From the NCBI GenBank assembly GCA_963705105.1, contig CAVPIW010000007.1, positions 292,715-356,714 of the forward strand: a stretch of DNA of 64,000 nt. Reading direction: 5' to 3'. This document shows positions 51,489 to 61,253 of this stretch, one piece after another. Position 1 is the stretch's first letter. Every line of letters begins with the position of its first letter. Under the pieces are notes generated by a model. The model was not told where the DNA came from and did not search any database. It was given only the letters and a program-made list of their open reading frames with translations. This DNA is from an uncultured Nitrospiraceae bacterium. Lineage in GTDB: Bacteria > Nitrospirota > Thermodesulfovibrionia > Thermodesulfovibrionales > Dissulfurispiraceae. Position numbers and translations under genes: made by a program.

Positions 51489-51735
51489 GCAGACTCTCTC
51501 ACTCTTGTGCAGACCGCAAGACGCCAGGGTATCCATCCGCGGGAATTCCTGCATATCCTCCATGCCGCCGATACAGCTACCGCACAGGCAGCGCTGTATA
51601 ACAATTCAAGCTGACAAGTGACAAGTAAAATGAAGGACAGTTCTGCGACATGACTTTGCCCCGACCTTGAGGGTTCAGGTCCAAAAGGGGTGAGATCTCT
51701 CATGCGACTGAACAGCACAGGGACTAAACTGTTAC
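51489..51735 (+). mobile_element. IS66-like right-end remnant
   Basis: ...TLVQTARRQGIHPREFLHIL...* (stop 51614) resembles an IS66 TnpC C-terminus; ends ctaaactgttac (GTAA terminus). Confidence 0.6.
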
Positions 51736-51810
51736 CCACAGTGGGCGGTGGACCCCAAAAACTGGACAGTGTGCTAAGCTCTGATTCAGACCACTCATGG
51801 AGGATCTGAG

Positions 51811-52092
51811 ATGAGCAAGAAACGAAAGCAACACAGTTCCCAATTCAAGGCGAAGGTCGCGCTGGCCGCATTACAGAACGAAGAGACCACCGCTCAACTG
51901 GCCAGTCGCTTCGACATCCACCCGACCATGATCTCCACCTGGAAGCGGCAGCTGCTCGACAGCGCCGCTGAGCTTTTCGACAAGAACCACAAGTCCCGCA
52001 AGCAGGTCGAGGGCCAGTTCGATGAGCTCTACCGGCAGATTGGCCGGCTCAAGGTAGAAAACGATTTTTTAGCACGAAAGCTCGGCTCTTGA
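51811..52092 (+). CDS. IS3 transposase OrfA
   Basis: FKAKVALAAL...HPTMISTWK; T-run near the orfA/orfB junction. Confidence 0.9.
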   Translation: MSKKRKQHSSQFKAKVALAALQNEETTAQLASRFDIHPTMISTWKRQLLDSAAELFDKNHKSRKQVEGQFDELYRQIGRLKVENDFLARKLGS

Positions 52093-52946
52093 GCAGCCAG
52101 CAGCGAAAGCAGATGATCGAACCTGAACTTCGCGAGCCGAGCATCTCCCGCCAATGCCAGTTGCTGGGATTGAGCCGGTCCTCGTTCTACTATGAGCCGT
52201 GCCCGATTAATCCCGAGGACCTGGACCTCATGCGCCTGATCGACGAGCAGTACCTGAAGACCCCGACCTACGGCAGCCGGTCGATGGCGCGGCATTTCCG
52301 CCGACAGGGCCGTAAGGTCAACCGCAAACGCATCCAGCGGCTGATGCGACTGATGGGCATCGAGGCGATCTACCCCAAGCCGCACACCAGCCGGCCCCAT
52401 CCGGAGCACATAATTTATCCCTATCTGCTCAGAGACCTGAGGATCGATCATGCCAACCAGGTGTGGGCTACCGATATCACCTACGTTCCCATGGCACGTG
52501 GCTTTATGTACCTGGTGGCGGTCATGGACTGGCACAGCCGCAAAATCCTGTCCTGGCGTCTTTCCAATACCTTGGACTCGGACTTCTGCAATCAGGCCCT
52601 CCAGGAAGCCCTGAGCCGCTATGGGGCACCGGAGATTTTCAACACGGATCAAGGAGCACAGTTTACCAGCAAAGGGTTCACTCAAATCCTCAAGGACCAC
52701 GGAGTCGCCATCAGTATGGACGGCCGCGGTAGGTGCCAGGACAACATCTTTGTTGAACGGCTATGGTGGACCATCAAACATCACTACCTTTACCTGCATT
52801 CGTTCGGCGGCGGCTCTGAGCTGCGTCAGGGGTTAACCAACTGGATACGCTTTTACAACGAACAGCGCGGGCACTCTTCTCTTGACGACCGTACCCCGGA
52901 TGAGGTTTACTATGGACTGCCTCACCCATTCGCCGAGGCTGCCTGA
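52089..52946 (+). CDS. IS3 transposase OrfB (DDE)
   Basis: WATDITY, NTDQGAQF, DNIFVERLW. Confidence 0.92.
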   Translation: MSSQQRKQMIEPELREPSISRQCQLLGLSRSSFYYEPCPINPEDLDLMRLIDEQYLKTPTYGSRSMARHFRRQGRKVNRKRIQRLMRLMGIEAIYPKPHTSRPHPEHIIYPYLLRDLRIDHANQVWATDITYVPMARGFMYLVAVMDWHSRKILSWRLSNTLDSDFCNQALQEALSRYGAPEIFNTDQGAQFTSKGFTQILKDHGVAISMDGRGRCQDNIFVERLWWTIKHHYLYLHSFGGGSELRQGLTNWIRFYNEQRGHSSLDDRTPDEVYYGLPHPFAEAA

Positions 52947-53023
52947 TGCTTCATAAAGAATTTAACAATGAACTCAGAGCTTATCCCACCCATCAGGCTG
53001 TCCAAACAATAGGGTCCACCGCC

Positions 53024-53123
53024 GTGAGCAAGGCATCGGCAAGGCTGCGTGAAGAAATGAAGAGAAACAAAGAACTGTTAGAGCGTGTCGGGAACCTTGT
53101 TTCACAATTCAAGACATGACACC
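53024..53123 (+). pseudogene. 3' end of a third RAYT-type gene (HTH tail plus end motif)
   Basis: (T)VSKASARLREEMKRNKELLERVGNLVSQFKT* then cacc; continues from 51736-51743 across the IS3. Confidence 0.6.
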
Positions 53124-53149
53124 TTATTCCTCTGACAAGAGCATAACAT

Positions 53150-54121
53150 TTAAGTCGACTCAAGGGATCTTGCCAATGCCTCAATATCTGTCATCCCAAA
53201 ATCAGTCACCAGGACCACCCGCGTGGAAGCGGCGAGATCTTTGGCTGCCTTCGTGTATCCGCTTTGCGATATGACCACCGCATAGTCAGTCTTGTAGTGA
53301 GACCGCGCAGCTGCGGCTTCTTGGACCGCTGTGATCCCTGCGGGCATCTCTCGTCCTTTGCACTGCACCGCGTATCTGAGCCCATCCTTCGTAGCGACTA
53401 TATCACACCCAAAGTCACCCGAAACACTCGTGAACTCAACCTCAAAGCCCAGCTCGCTAAGTCTGTCCCCACATGACTTTTCAAAGTCACGACCGATCTG
53501 ACTGGCAGGCCTTGTCAGGGGGAGTTGCAACCCATCAGCTATGATCCGTCTCGTGATACACAAAGCCTCGTTGGCGAGACGCGAAGCTCTATAGGATGAA
53601 CCGTACTGAGTGGCAAGCCCATCGTAGCGACTCCTGAAGTTCCGCTCAAGAAGTGTACTCATTGCATCACGGGCTTCCAGCCAATTAATCTCATCCGTAA
53701 AATCATTGCGTATCAATACCCGTGAGAGTTGCCGCCTGAAACCCTCCGCATGTTCGGCGTAGAAGCTGTTTCCTGTAACATAGTCGGAGCAGATTCGGTA
53801 AGCCAGAATTCCGAGCTGGAATTCCAACATGCCTTCGACAGAACCCAACTCAGGCTTCGGCAAGGCTTCGTATTCCTTGCGAAGGCTCCGAACAGTGCCT
53901 GCATCGAAGAAGGCACAGACATCGTGAAGGCCGGTCAATCGGCTTATCAGCTCTCGGAGAATACGTAGACCATCGTCGCTGAGCGACGGAGTCTCAAACG
54001 CTTCAAGCTCACTTGCGGCAGACAGAATTATCTCACGACGAGTTTCCATCAGCTCCAGTTGGGCTGGGGTCATGAAGAACAGGATCTGCACCACCTCATG
54101 AATACGCGTTTGATTGGGCAC
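53150..54121 (-). CDS. Cassette protein with a C-terminal Mrr-like restriction endonuclease domain
   Basis: GRDFE...GDFGCDIVA...AVQCK...AVQE...YT..AKDLA. Confidence 0.8.
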   Translation of the reverse strand: MPNQTRIHEVVQILFFMTPAQLELMETRREIILSAASELEAFETPSLSDDGLRILRELISRLTGLHDVCAFFDAGTVRSLRKEYEALPKPELGSVEGMLEFQLGILAYRICSDYVTGNSFYAEHAEGFRRQLSRVLIRNDFTDEINWLEARDAMSTLLERNFRSRYDGLATQYGSSYRASRLANEALCITRRIIADGLQLPLTRPASQIGRDFEKSCGDRLSELGFEVEFTSVSGDFGCDIVATKDGLRYAVQCKGREMPAGITAVQEAAAARSHYKTDYAVVISQSGYTKAAKDLAASTRVVLVTDFGMTDIEALARSLEST

Positions 54122-54165
54122 TTGTACTACCTCCCATAGATATTCCAGAACCGAGTTGTTCTATC

Positions 54166-54256
54166 GTCTAACGGTCCGGGCGCGCGGCGCCGGCCCCGAA
54201 AGTATTAAGAAACATGGCGCGCTGACCCCGGCGTCCGCACGCCCCGGTTGTTAGGT
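54166..54256 (-). other. attC site
   Basis: ACCTAAC...GTTAGAC, overlapping the upstream gene's stop; shares GACGCCGGGG..GCGCGCC with the attC at 738-824. Confidence 0.85.
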
Positions 54257-54742
54257 GGCGCATGCAAAGCGCACCAAGAGCCAACACACAGCACCAAAAC
54301 CCACGAGAAAAACGGCCCGGAAAAACCAAAGCAACTGAAGTTTCTCCTCCGGGTTATCAGGGACCTCAGCTACCCCTTTCCCGTATCGCCAAGCGTTCAT
54401 AAACTCTTTTGTGAAATGTTTCCGTGTTTCAGCGAGACGCTTTCTCCGTACTTGGATTGAGTCCGCGAGTACCCCCACTAGATACCAACCAGATGCCATT
54501 ACACTGACCGCCGCACCAAAAAGCACGAAATATTCAACTTGATTCAGAGTGTCGAGAATCCTCGGAATTGAGACGATCGCAGCGAACAGCAATAGGCCAT
54601 AGTTTGTGACTTGCCACTGTTGCTTCTTAAATGAATTGATTTCTGACACGCACGCGGAATACAGAAGCCTCAGTTCGTCGTTCTTCTGTTTTTCGTTTTC
54701 ATTTTGTTCCGCCATAGGCTCCTCCACGGTTGTGCCACCCAA
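54251..54742 (-). CDS. Hypothetical membrane cassette protein
   Basis: Three hydrophobic segments; flanked by attC sites; true start probably MAEQN at about 54715. Confidence 0.75.
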   Translation of the reverse strand: MGGTTVEEPMAEQNENEKQKNDELRLLYSACVSEINSFKKQQWQVTNYGLLLFAAIVSIPRILDTLNQVEYFVLFGAAVSVMASGWYLVGVLADSIQVRRKRLAETRKHFTKEFMNAWRYGKGVAEVPDNPEEKLQLLWFFRAVFLVGFGAVCWLLVRFACAT

Positions 54743-54818
54743 ACGTTCAGTTCACCGGCGTACAAGCAGGAGCGCGAAGCGACGCTGCTTGTACGACCGG
54801 TGCAACGCGATGCTATGC
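54738..54818 (-). other. attC site (degenerate cores)
   Basis: GCATAGC...CACCGG.CGTACAAGCAG..CTGCTTGTACG.CCGGTG...GTTTGGG long hairpin. Confidence 0.8.
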
Positions 54819-54848
54819 GTCGTCCGTCCAGTACGGCAGGGGGGATAT

Positions 54849-55781
54849 CTATCGTACTCTACTTCTGCCGTTGTCTCGCTTTGATAGTGAATCTTCAAGG
54901 GATTCAAGTGACTTTTCCCACCAACCCTCCTTGCTTCCATCACCAAGGTGGACTCTCACTGTGGGGTAGAAGTGCTTTCGATGGCTGGCCTGAACACGCC
55001 AAAACCATTGATGGTCTTTTCGATCAGCCGCAATCAGCTCGACCGTAATGCCCAGTGCAGCGGCGATATGCGTGGTGGTCGTCGAGATCGTTACGAGGTA
55101 GTCCAATCCGCGGATTGCTTCGATCAGCGCATCGAGAGAGGTCTCAGTCTTTGCCTCGAGGATCTCGTCTGAAAGGATACGCACCCCACGCCTGTTAGCA
55201 TCACCATCTGGATCCGCGACAGCGACTTTACGCTGAAGCGAAATGAAGTCGGCATCAATACCGTTCAGAAGCGGTAGCAACTCCTCTACCGGAACGGACT
55301 TCGCAGCGATAGGTCCACTGTTCGATACGCTGGCCCAAGCTAGTCCCACTCGTAGGCGCGGTTTGCTCTTCGAAGGGAGTATGGTTCCTATGGTCGCCAG
55401 TGGGACAAACGGTTCGTCCAACAAATTGCCCATTAGTGCCTGCCGCAGAATTGCAAGCGGAGGTCTTCCTTCGTTGTCATCTCGGCGCAGCTTCGGCAGA
55501 AAGGCTAAATCATGCTTCAGGATTGAACAGACCTGTGCACAAGCAAAAACCTGGACGGGAATTTTAGATGTACCAGCGTGCCTCTTAAGGAGGGACGCGA
55601 CCAGCAGTTCTTCTCCCCAACCTTGCGCTCGCGGAAAGCTCAGTCGGAATGGCCCTCTAAGATCGACACGATCGTCGTGCCACTCTGGATCCTTATCGAG
55701 TTTGGCAAGTCCGCTTTCGAACGCGCCCGAGGCGAGATCTCGGAATCCGGCATTCATTTTGTCATCGATGACGTCGTTCAC
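54849..55781 (-). CDS. Cassette protein with a glycosyltransferase family 9-like fold
   Basis: QGWGEEL, RVGLAW, FISLQ, LDYLVTISTTTTHIAAALG. Confidence 0.6.
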   Translation of the reverse strand: MNDVIDDKMNAGFRDLASGAFESGLAKLDKDPEWHDDRVDLRGPFRLSFPRAQGWGEELLVASLLKRHAGTSKIPVQVFACAQVCSILKHDLAFLPKLRRDDNEGRPPLAILRQALMGNLLDEPFVPLATIGTILPSKSKPRLRVGLAWASVSNSGPIAAKSVPVEELLPLLNGIDADFISLQRKVAVADPDGDANRRGVRILSDEILEAKTETSLDALIEAIRGLDYLVTISTTTTHIAAALGITVELIAADRKDHQWFWRVQASHRKHFYPTVRVHLGDGSKEGWWEKSLESLEDSLSKRDNGRSRVR

Positions 55782-55784
55782 GAC

Positions 55785-55835
55785 GCACGTCGAAGGCGAA
55801 GCCCGCTTGCGGTGCGGCCCTCTCGACCTCCATGT
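55785..55835 (-). other. Degenerate attC remnant (group II intron target)
   Basis: Hairpin before the intron 5' end; core decayed to GACGTGC, but the adjacent TGCGTCGT matches the downstream inverse-core flank at 54812-54823. Confidence 0.5.
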
Positions 55836-56450
55836 GTACGCCCGGCATGGGCGTGAGCTTATGGGGTGAAAGTCCCTTGTACGAGAACCTGAGAGTGTTC
55901 ATACTAATGGATGCTATCACAAGTACGAGCCGAAGGCAAGGGCGTCTCCGCGAGGAGGGGTCTGAGGGAAGCCTTAGTGCGAACGTGCGAGCTGGATCCT
56001 GCCCCGGACTTGATCCGGGGAACAGAAACCGCATACAAGGCTCAGTCTCCGGGCGGGTTGGCACAACGAAGTCCGTGGGTTCAGGGGATAGGGTAAATGC
56101 GGCGGTTGTGCACAGAAAGTTCACGTTCTTATCCGGGGAGATCTGCGTGTCAGGCGACAGAAAGTTCATGAGCAGAATCCGGACGAGGTCTATCCGGTTT
56201 ACCAATGACCCGGCGCATCCGTCCGCTGTGGGCAGATGCGCGTCTCCTTTTAGAGAAACACAAAGCAGATAACATCTCATGAGCATTCCCGGAGCGCCGA
56301 CTGTGGAAACATATCCGGTCAGCACGCAGAAGTCAGCAGACGGCATAGTACTTCCGGGCGACTGGAAGGAAGGCCTGAACGTGGAAATGAGCGGGGCACC
56401 CAATGAGCTCGATGTCGGCGCTGAATCCGACCGACGGAGCCGAATGAGGC
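55836..56450 (+). mobile_element. Group IIC intron, 5' fragment (no RT ORF, no domain V/VI)
   Basis: GTACGCCCGGCATGGGCG...GGGTGAAAGTCCC, agccgaaggcaagggc, cttatccggggagatctg, gcagaagtcagcagacggcatagta...gaaggcctgaac; opposite to the cassette orientation. Confidence 0.85.
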
Positions 56451-56514
56451 GTGTCATGCAAGACTGTCCCCTCAATCCTGTCTCAGTGCAGTCTATCGTC
56501 AGCAGAATGTTTCG

Positions 56515-57297
56515 TTATGCACCTCGGTAACGCTCCCATACCCACGTTAAGTTCTCGGTCAGTCCGGTAACGTCTGGAAATAGGGATGCTTGGTTAATTG
56601 CGAGGCGATGAAGCTGTTTTCGGATGTATTCTTTGGAACTGCTTTTAATGAGACATTCTGTCAAATTATCATCCGTAATTATTTCGAACGGATCTTCCTG
56701 AATGGTAAATACACTTTGTTGAGCTGCCATTCTGGTGTCAATGATTGGGGGAATGAAGCGATTCATACTACCGGTATAGTCAAGAGGACTCTCGGTAAGT
56801 GGTGCGTTCAAATCGATCATATGTTGCTGCCCCTCAGCCAGTGGACCAAAATCGAACGCATACACCCAAACGTCGGATGTGATCGACTCGTTCGATATAG
56901 CAAAGTACAAGGCTGCCAAAGGATTCTTGCTCCAGTCCAGCAATCTTGTTCGAAGACCATAATGCTGAGCGTAGGCAAGCCACTCCCACTTGGTTGTTGG
57001 CAGCGTTGTAAGGAAGGCCCGCGATTGCCGTATAAAACTATTGAACAAAGTGGATTCGTAATCTCGAAACTTGGTCTCTATTTCAGAATTTAACTTTCGT
57101 TTGGAATTCCAGCCTTCATACCACTCATCGAAGGCCTTCAGATCACCACAGCCATGATTGATCTGCGAGCAGCAACAAAAGGAACGAACAATAGTCGGTA
57201 CCTTCTTATATTGAGCGTCGATTCCGCGGAATATCGCTGTTTTCCCCTCTAACTTTTTCAGGGCGTCAAAATAAGATTCGAGGCTCTCAATTTCCAT
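56515..57297 (-). CDS. FRG-domain cassette protein
   Basis: IFRG, AQHYGLRTRLLDWS.NPL.ALYFA, RMAAQQS.F, LFPD; stop overlaps GCATAAC. Confidence 0.9.
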   Translation of the reverse strand: MEIESLESYFDALKKLEGKTAIFRGIDAQYKKVPTIVRSFCCCSQINHGCGDLKAFDEWYEGWNSKRKLNSEIETKFRDYESTLFNSFIRQSRAFLTTLPTTKWEWLAYAQHYGLRTRLLDWSKNPLAALYFAISNESITSDVWVYAFDFGPLAEGQQHMIDLNAPLTESPLDYTGSMNRFIPPIIDTRMAAQQSVFTIQEDPFEIITDDNLTECLIKSSSKEYIRKQLHRLAINQASLFPDVTGLTENLTWVWERYRGA

Positions 57298-57321
57298 TAA
57301 TCACCATTTCTTTTTTTCATT

Positions 57322-57412
57322 GCCTAACGCGGGGTATGAGGCTCACGGGCAAGAAGCTCAGATGAAGACCGAACCAGGATTTCTACGTGTCGCCTCGATA
57401 CTTTTGTTAGCA
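57322..57412 (-). other. attC site
   Basis: TGCTAAC...GTTAGGC; the inverse core is the exact complement of the cassette start GTTAGCA at 57957-57963. Confidence 0.8.
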
Positions 57413-57937
57413 TTTAATTTCAATTATTTCCCATCCCTTAAAGTAATTAGCATAAACCAAAAAAGATCGAAAGCGTATATTTGAGGCTGAATGTATTTGA
57501 GATAGCATTTCATGTGTTCTTAAATCATTTCTCGATATTCGTTTCCGGCCTGAAACGTTTGGGTGATTATGATACTGTCGGATTTCATCACAGCCGAGCC
57601 TCGTAGCATGTTGGGTCCATTTATATACATTATCTGAGTTTGAACAATGATAATTGCTTCCAATTGATGCAGTTACTCTTTCTACGTTATCACCTTTACA
57701 AAAAGCTGTAACAAATATCTCTTTGTTCTCGCTGAACATTCCTGATGCCATTCTTATTTCAAAATCTGCGACCGATTGTTTTTCAGTAAGTCCGTAATAG
57801 GTCTTAAATAGTGAATTCTTTGGTCGGTTAAATTTCTTTCGATTTCCAAGGGGATCTTTGTTCCAATTATTTATTACTTCTTCGGCAATAAAAACGCTAA
57901 CGAGTATTGTTATGACAATCCAAAGCCACATAAGCAT
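57407..57937 (-). CDS. AT-rich cassette protein, N-terminal TM plus JAB/MPN-like motif
   Basis: KE.F...YHNHP...SRND. Confidence 0.6.
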   Translation of the reverse strand: MLMWLWIVITILVSVFIAEEVINNWNKDPLGNRKKFNRPKNSLFKTYYGLTEKQSVADFEIRMASGMFSENKEIFVTAFCKGDNVERVTASIGSNYHCSNSDNVYKWTQHATRLGCDEIRQYHNHPNVSGRKRISRNDLRTHEMLSQIHSASNIRFRSFLVYANYFKGWEIIEIKC

Positions 57938-57956
57938 TCCGTTAGTTATTATGTGA

Positions 57957-58014
57957 TGCTAACGCGGCGCTGAGCAGTGCCCGAAGGGCATCTGTTTCGA
58001 GTGCCTGGTTCTCC
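57957..58014 (-). other. attC site (58 bp)
   Basis: GGAGAAC...CAGATGCCCTTCGGGCACTG...GTTAGCA. Confidence 0.7.
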
Positions 58015-58080
58015 CAACGCGGAGCGAGGGAAACCAGGAACGAGCTGCTCAGCGCCGCATTCTCACCAAGCGAAGCGAGG

Positions 58081-58158
58081 TGAGAACGTTGCGGTTGACC
58101 CGCCCGTGTAGGCGGGCGAAGCCCGCCGGAACGGGTCGGGTCGAACCGCGGGTTAGCC
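58081..58158 (-). other. attC site
   Basis: GGCTAAC...GGCGGGCTTCGCCCGCC...GTTCTCA; the inverse core matches the cassette start GTTAGCC at 60270-60276. Confidence 0.8.
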
Positions 58159-58241
58159 GCATATCTTCTCGATCAGATGAACAGCCGGTGCGGGTGCCCA
58201 CCCTCGCATAAACCGCGAGAATGGGGCACCTGCTATACGCA

Positions 58242-58748
58242 TTAGTATCCGGACCAGGCCGTGCAGAAAAGGAATCTGTCTCCGTACCAATAACAAACAA
58301 TACGGGGAGTCCTACAATAAAAATAAGATCCTACCGATCGACATATGACTTTCGGACTTTCCTCCATCTTTATACTCGGGAGCAGATATAGCTCCTTTCC
58401 AGCCTGCGCCAAATGTCTCCCGTCGCTAAGTCTAAGTTCTACGACGGGTATGTCATTCCAGAAGCCGATATGGCTCTGAGCAACATGTGCTGGTTTCGCG
58501 CTTAGATCAGGCATCTCTTCACACGACTTTGCCTTGCGTTGCTCCTCCGGCGGGAGGGAGTAGAGGGAGGCAACGCACGAGCGCAGGTATTGCTTAGACG
58601 CGAAAGATACCGATCCAGGTCTGCCCTGGGGAGCCTTCTTTTGAAAGTCCGCCTGCTGTGCTGAAGTTGGCGTCGCGCGAAACGCAATCACAAGCAGTGC
58701 GGAGAGAATGAATAGAGGCACCCGATGACCATAACTCGATGCTCGCAT
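58242..58748 (-). CDS. Hypothetical secreted Cys-containing cassette protein
   Basis: RBS AAGGAG before ATG 58748; signal-peptide-like N-terminus. Confidence 0.6.
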   Translation of the reverse strand: MRASSYGHRVPLFILSALLVIAFRATPTSAQQADFQKKAPQGRPGSVSFASKQYLRSCVASLYSLPPEEQRKAKSCEEMPDLSAKPAHVAQSHIGFWNDIPVVELRLSDGRHLAQAGKELYLLPSIKMEESPKVICRSVGSYFYCRTPRIVCYWYGDRFLFCTAWSGY

Positions 58749-58824
58749 GGCGATCTCCTTCTTGTGGCGGTAACAACACATGCTATCTGTCTAAAATGTC
58801 CCAATCCTGTTTTAGGCCGTCGAC

Positions 58825-60195
58825 GAGGTAAGATCAAAAAGTGTGTAAATGAGTGAGAAGGCGGTGTATCCTTAATCAGTTGACCTGGAATCAACAAAGA
58901 GAAAGGAGACACCACCATGGACAAGAGTATCACCGAGGCAGTTGAGCCGTCAAGGGCGACGTACGAGGCATTGGAAGGGATAGTTCGGCAGAGAGTCCAG
59001 GAATACATTCAAGACATACTGGAAGAGGAAGTCGAGATCTTTTTAGGGAGGAAGAAATCCGAGAGGATCAAGAAGGTGGATAGCAAGCGGGGGTATTGGA
59101 ACGGACACGGGAAGGGGAAGAAGTTCACGCTGATGAACGGGACGATCACGGTCCGACGGCCCCGTGTGCGGGGAGCGGAGGAGCGATTTGAGAGCAAGGT
59201 CCTGCCGTTATTCATACGTCGGTCAAAAGAAGTGGGGCAGTTACTGCCGGAATTGTATCTCCACGGACTGGCGCAGGGGGATTTTGATTTAGCGCTTCGG
59301 GGGTTATTGGGAGAAGGGGCGCCGCTGTCGTCCTCGTCGATCCAGCGGCTGAAGGGCAAATGGCAGTGCGAATACGACGAGTGGAAGGCTCGGGATCTTT
59401 CCGGGCTTGAGGTCGTCTATCAGTGGGCGGACGGGATATACGTGAAGGCCGGGTTGGAGAAAGACAAAGCAGCATTGCTGGTGATCATCGGGGCGTTGGT
59501 TACGGGGGAAAAGATCCTGCTGGCCTGCGAGAGCGGGTATCGGGAGAGCAAGGAATCCTGGGCAGGGGTCCTGAGGGATCTGACCGCTCGGGGACTGAAG
59601 CTGGGCACATTGACGGTTGCCGATGGTCATTTGGGGATATGGTCAGCGTTGGGAGAGCTTCATCCCGAGGGCAAGGAGCAGAGGTGTTGGAACCATAAGA
59701 TAACCAACGTGCTGGATGCGATGCCCAAGAGGATACGTGCCGAGGCAGGCGAGTATCTCACCAAGATCCCCTATGCAGAGACGCAGGCAGAGTGTGAGAG
59801 GCTCAGGGACAGCTTTATCAGCCGGTATGGGAGGGATTTTCCGAAGGCGACGGAGACCCTGAGGAGAGATTGGGAGCGAATGGTGACGTTCTATTCATTG
59901 CCGAAAGAGCACTGGGTGCATATCAGGACGACCAATGTGGTGGAGTCACCGTTCAGCGCGGTGCGTTTGAGAACGGATGCGGCGAAGCGGTATAGGAAAG
60001 TCCAAAACGCGACGGCGATGATCTGGAAGTTGCTGGGAGTCGCTGAGAAGAGATTCCGCAGGCTCAAGGGATATTGGTTACTGAGGGATGTCCACGAGGG
60101 GAAACTCTTCACAGACGGCATTGCCGTCGAGCAGGAAGAGTCTGTCGAAAGGTTCGCCGCCTGATGGCTTTTTACACACCTATTGACATGACCTC
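58825..60195 (+). mobile_element. IS256-family element, copy 1 (1371 bp)
   Basis: Inverted repeats gaggtaagatcaa..gtgtgtaaa / tttacacac..ttgacatgacctc; 8-bp TSD CCGTCGAC. Confidence 0.95.
58917..60164 (+). CDS. IS256-family (Mutator-like) transposase
   Basis: WADGIY, VADG, QRCWNHK, RTTNVVES. Confidence 0.95.
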   Translation: MDKSITEAVEPSRATYEALEGIVRQRVQEYIQDILEEEVEIFLGRKKSERIKKVDSKRGYWNGHGKGKKFTLMNGTITVRRPRVRGAEERFESKVLPLFIRRSKEVGQLLPELYLHGLAQGDFDLALRGLLGEGAPLSSSSIQRLKGKWQCEYDEWKARDLSGLEVVYQWADGIYVKAGLEKDKAALLVIIGALVTGEKILLACESGYRESKESWAGVLRDLTARGLKLGTLTVADGHLGIWSALGELHPEGKEQRCWNHKITNVLDAMPKRIRAEAGEYLTKIPYAETQAECERLRDSFISRYGRDFPKATETLRRDWERMVTFYSLPKEHWVHIRTTNVVESPFSAVRLRTDAAKRYRKVQNATAMIWKLLGVAEKRFRRLKGYWLLRDVHEGKLFTDGIAVEQEESVERFAA

Positions 60196-60269
60196 CCGTC
60201 GACTGGTATGTCAGGTAGGAGGGGCTCGTGAGTCGTCTTGCAATAATGCCTCCTTAACTCAGTCTGTCC

Positions 60270-60356
60270 GGCTAACGTTCGCCATAACCGGCAGCAAAAA
60301 GTGGCGCGACGAAGGAGCGACGCTTTTTGCTGTCCGCGTTCATGGCGTTGTTAGGC
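60270..60356 (-). other. attC site
   Basis: GCCTAAC...CAGCAAAAAG...CTTTTTGCTG...GTTAGCC. Confidence 0.88.
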
Positions 60357-61253
60357 GAACTGCAAATAGCGGAGCCCCCAGCCCAGCGAGGGCTATGCCT
60401 TTCCCTACATCATTTGCTTGACATACTCGCGCACAGTCATTGGACGAATCGTCGGATAGTGTGCGTTCATGAGCGGGCCCAGTTGACCTTTTCCGTTCAG
60501 CATGCCGCGCCAGTACATGAGCGGCAGCCAAGCAAGCATGTTGGTAGGTTCGGCCTGTTGGCGGCGCGTGATCTCGGCGTCGAGATCGGCAAGCGTGCCA
60601 AGCTTTTTCACCGTGATGGGGCGGCCAAGGGCGGCGGCTGTCTCGTTCACGAGTTCGTGGAAGGTTAACGATTCGCCCGCTACGTTGAACTGGCTAGCAA
60701 GGGGGCCATCAGCTAACGCAGCCTCAGCGGCGTAAGCGGCGGCGTCGGCGTAGGTCGTGACCTGCATTTTTTCGTTTCCATCGCCCCAAAGGTAGGCTTC
60801 AGCTTTGCCCAGGTCGAACGCGCCCAGGAATCCGAACAGAACCCTCTTATCGAGGAAACAGCCGTTCAAGATGTGAACCACCTCGACAGGGCCGCGTTCC
60901 TGTTCGGCGCGTCGCCCAAACTCGCGACGCCAATCCGAGTTGATGTTTTCTCCCTCGGCCAGATTAAACAGGTTGAAGCTGAAACTGGAGGGAATGAAGC
61001 GCCTCACGCCTGCCGCGCGCGCTGCCCGCAGGAACCGGAGTTGCGCGTCGATGATCGTCTCGGGTCCGCCCTGCACGGCCGACACGACGGCGTAAACGCC
61101 ATCAAATGCACCGGCCTTGTTTTCCACAATCTCCGCCGCTGCAGCGACATCTCCGGCGAGCTTGGTTCGGCTGCCGGGCCGCACCAGCAAACGGAGTGTA
61201 GCGCCCCTAGTCAGCAGCGCCCTGGCGATCTGGCTACCGAGATTTCCCGTAGC

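Larger units (their letters stand above)
51744..53023 (+). mobile_element. IS3-family insertion sequence
   Basis: Inverted repeats ggcggtggaccc..tggacag / ctgtcca..gggtccaccgcc; 3-bp TSD GTG (51741-51743, 53024-53026). Confidence 0.92.

Noticed and set aside
53077..53147. attC for the Mrr-like cassette
   Set aside because: CTCTAAC and GTTATGC-like words are present but there is no hairpin; the sequence is better explained as a RAYT 3' end.
55762..56530. ORFs of 237, 146 and 83 aa
   Set aside because: They overlap group II intron RNA domains and have no RT motifs.
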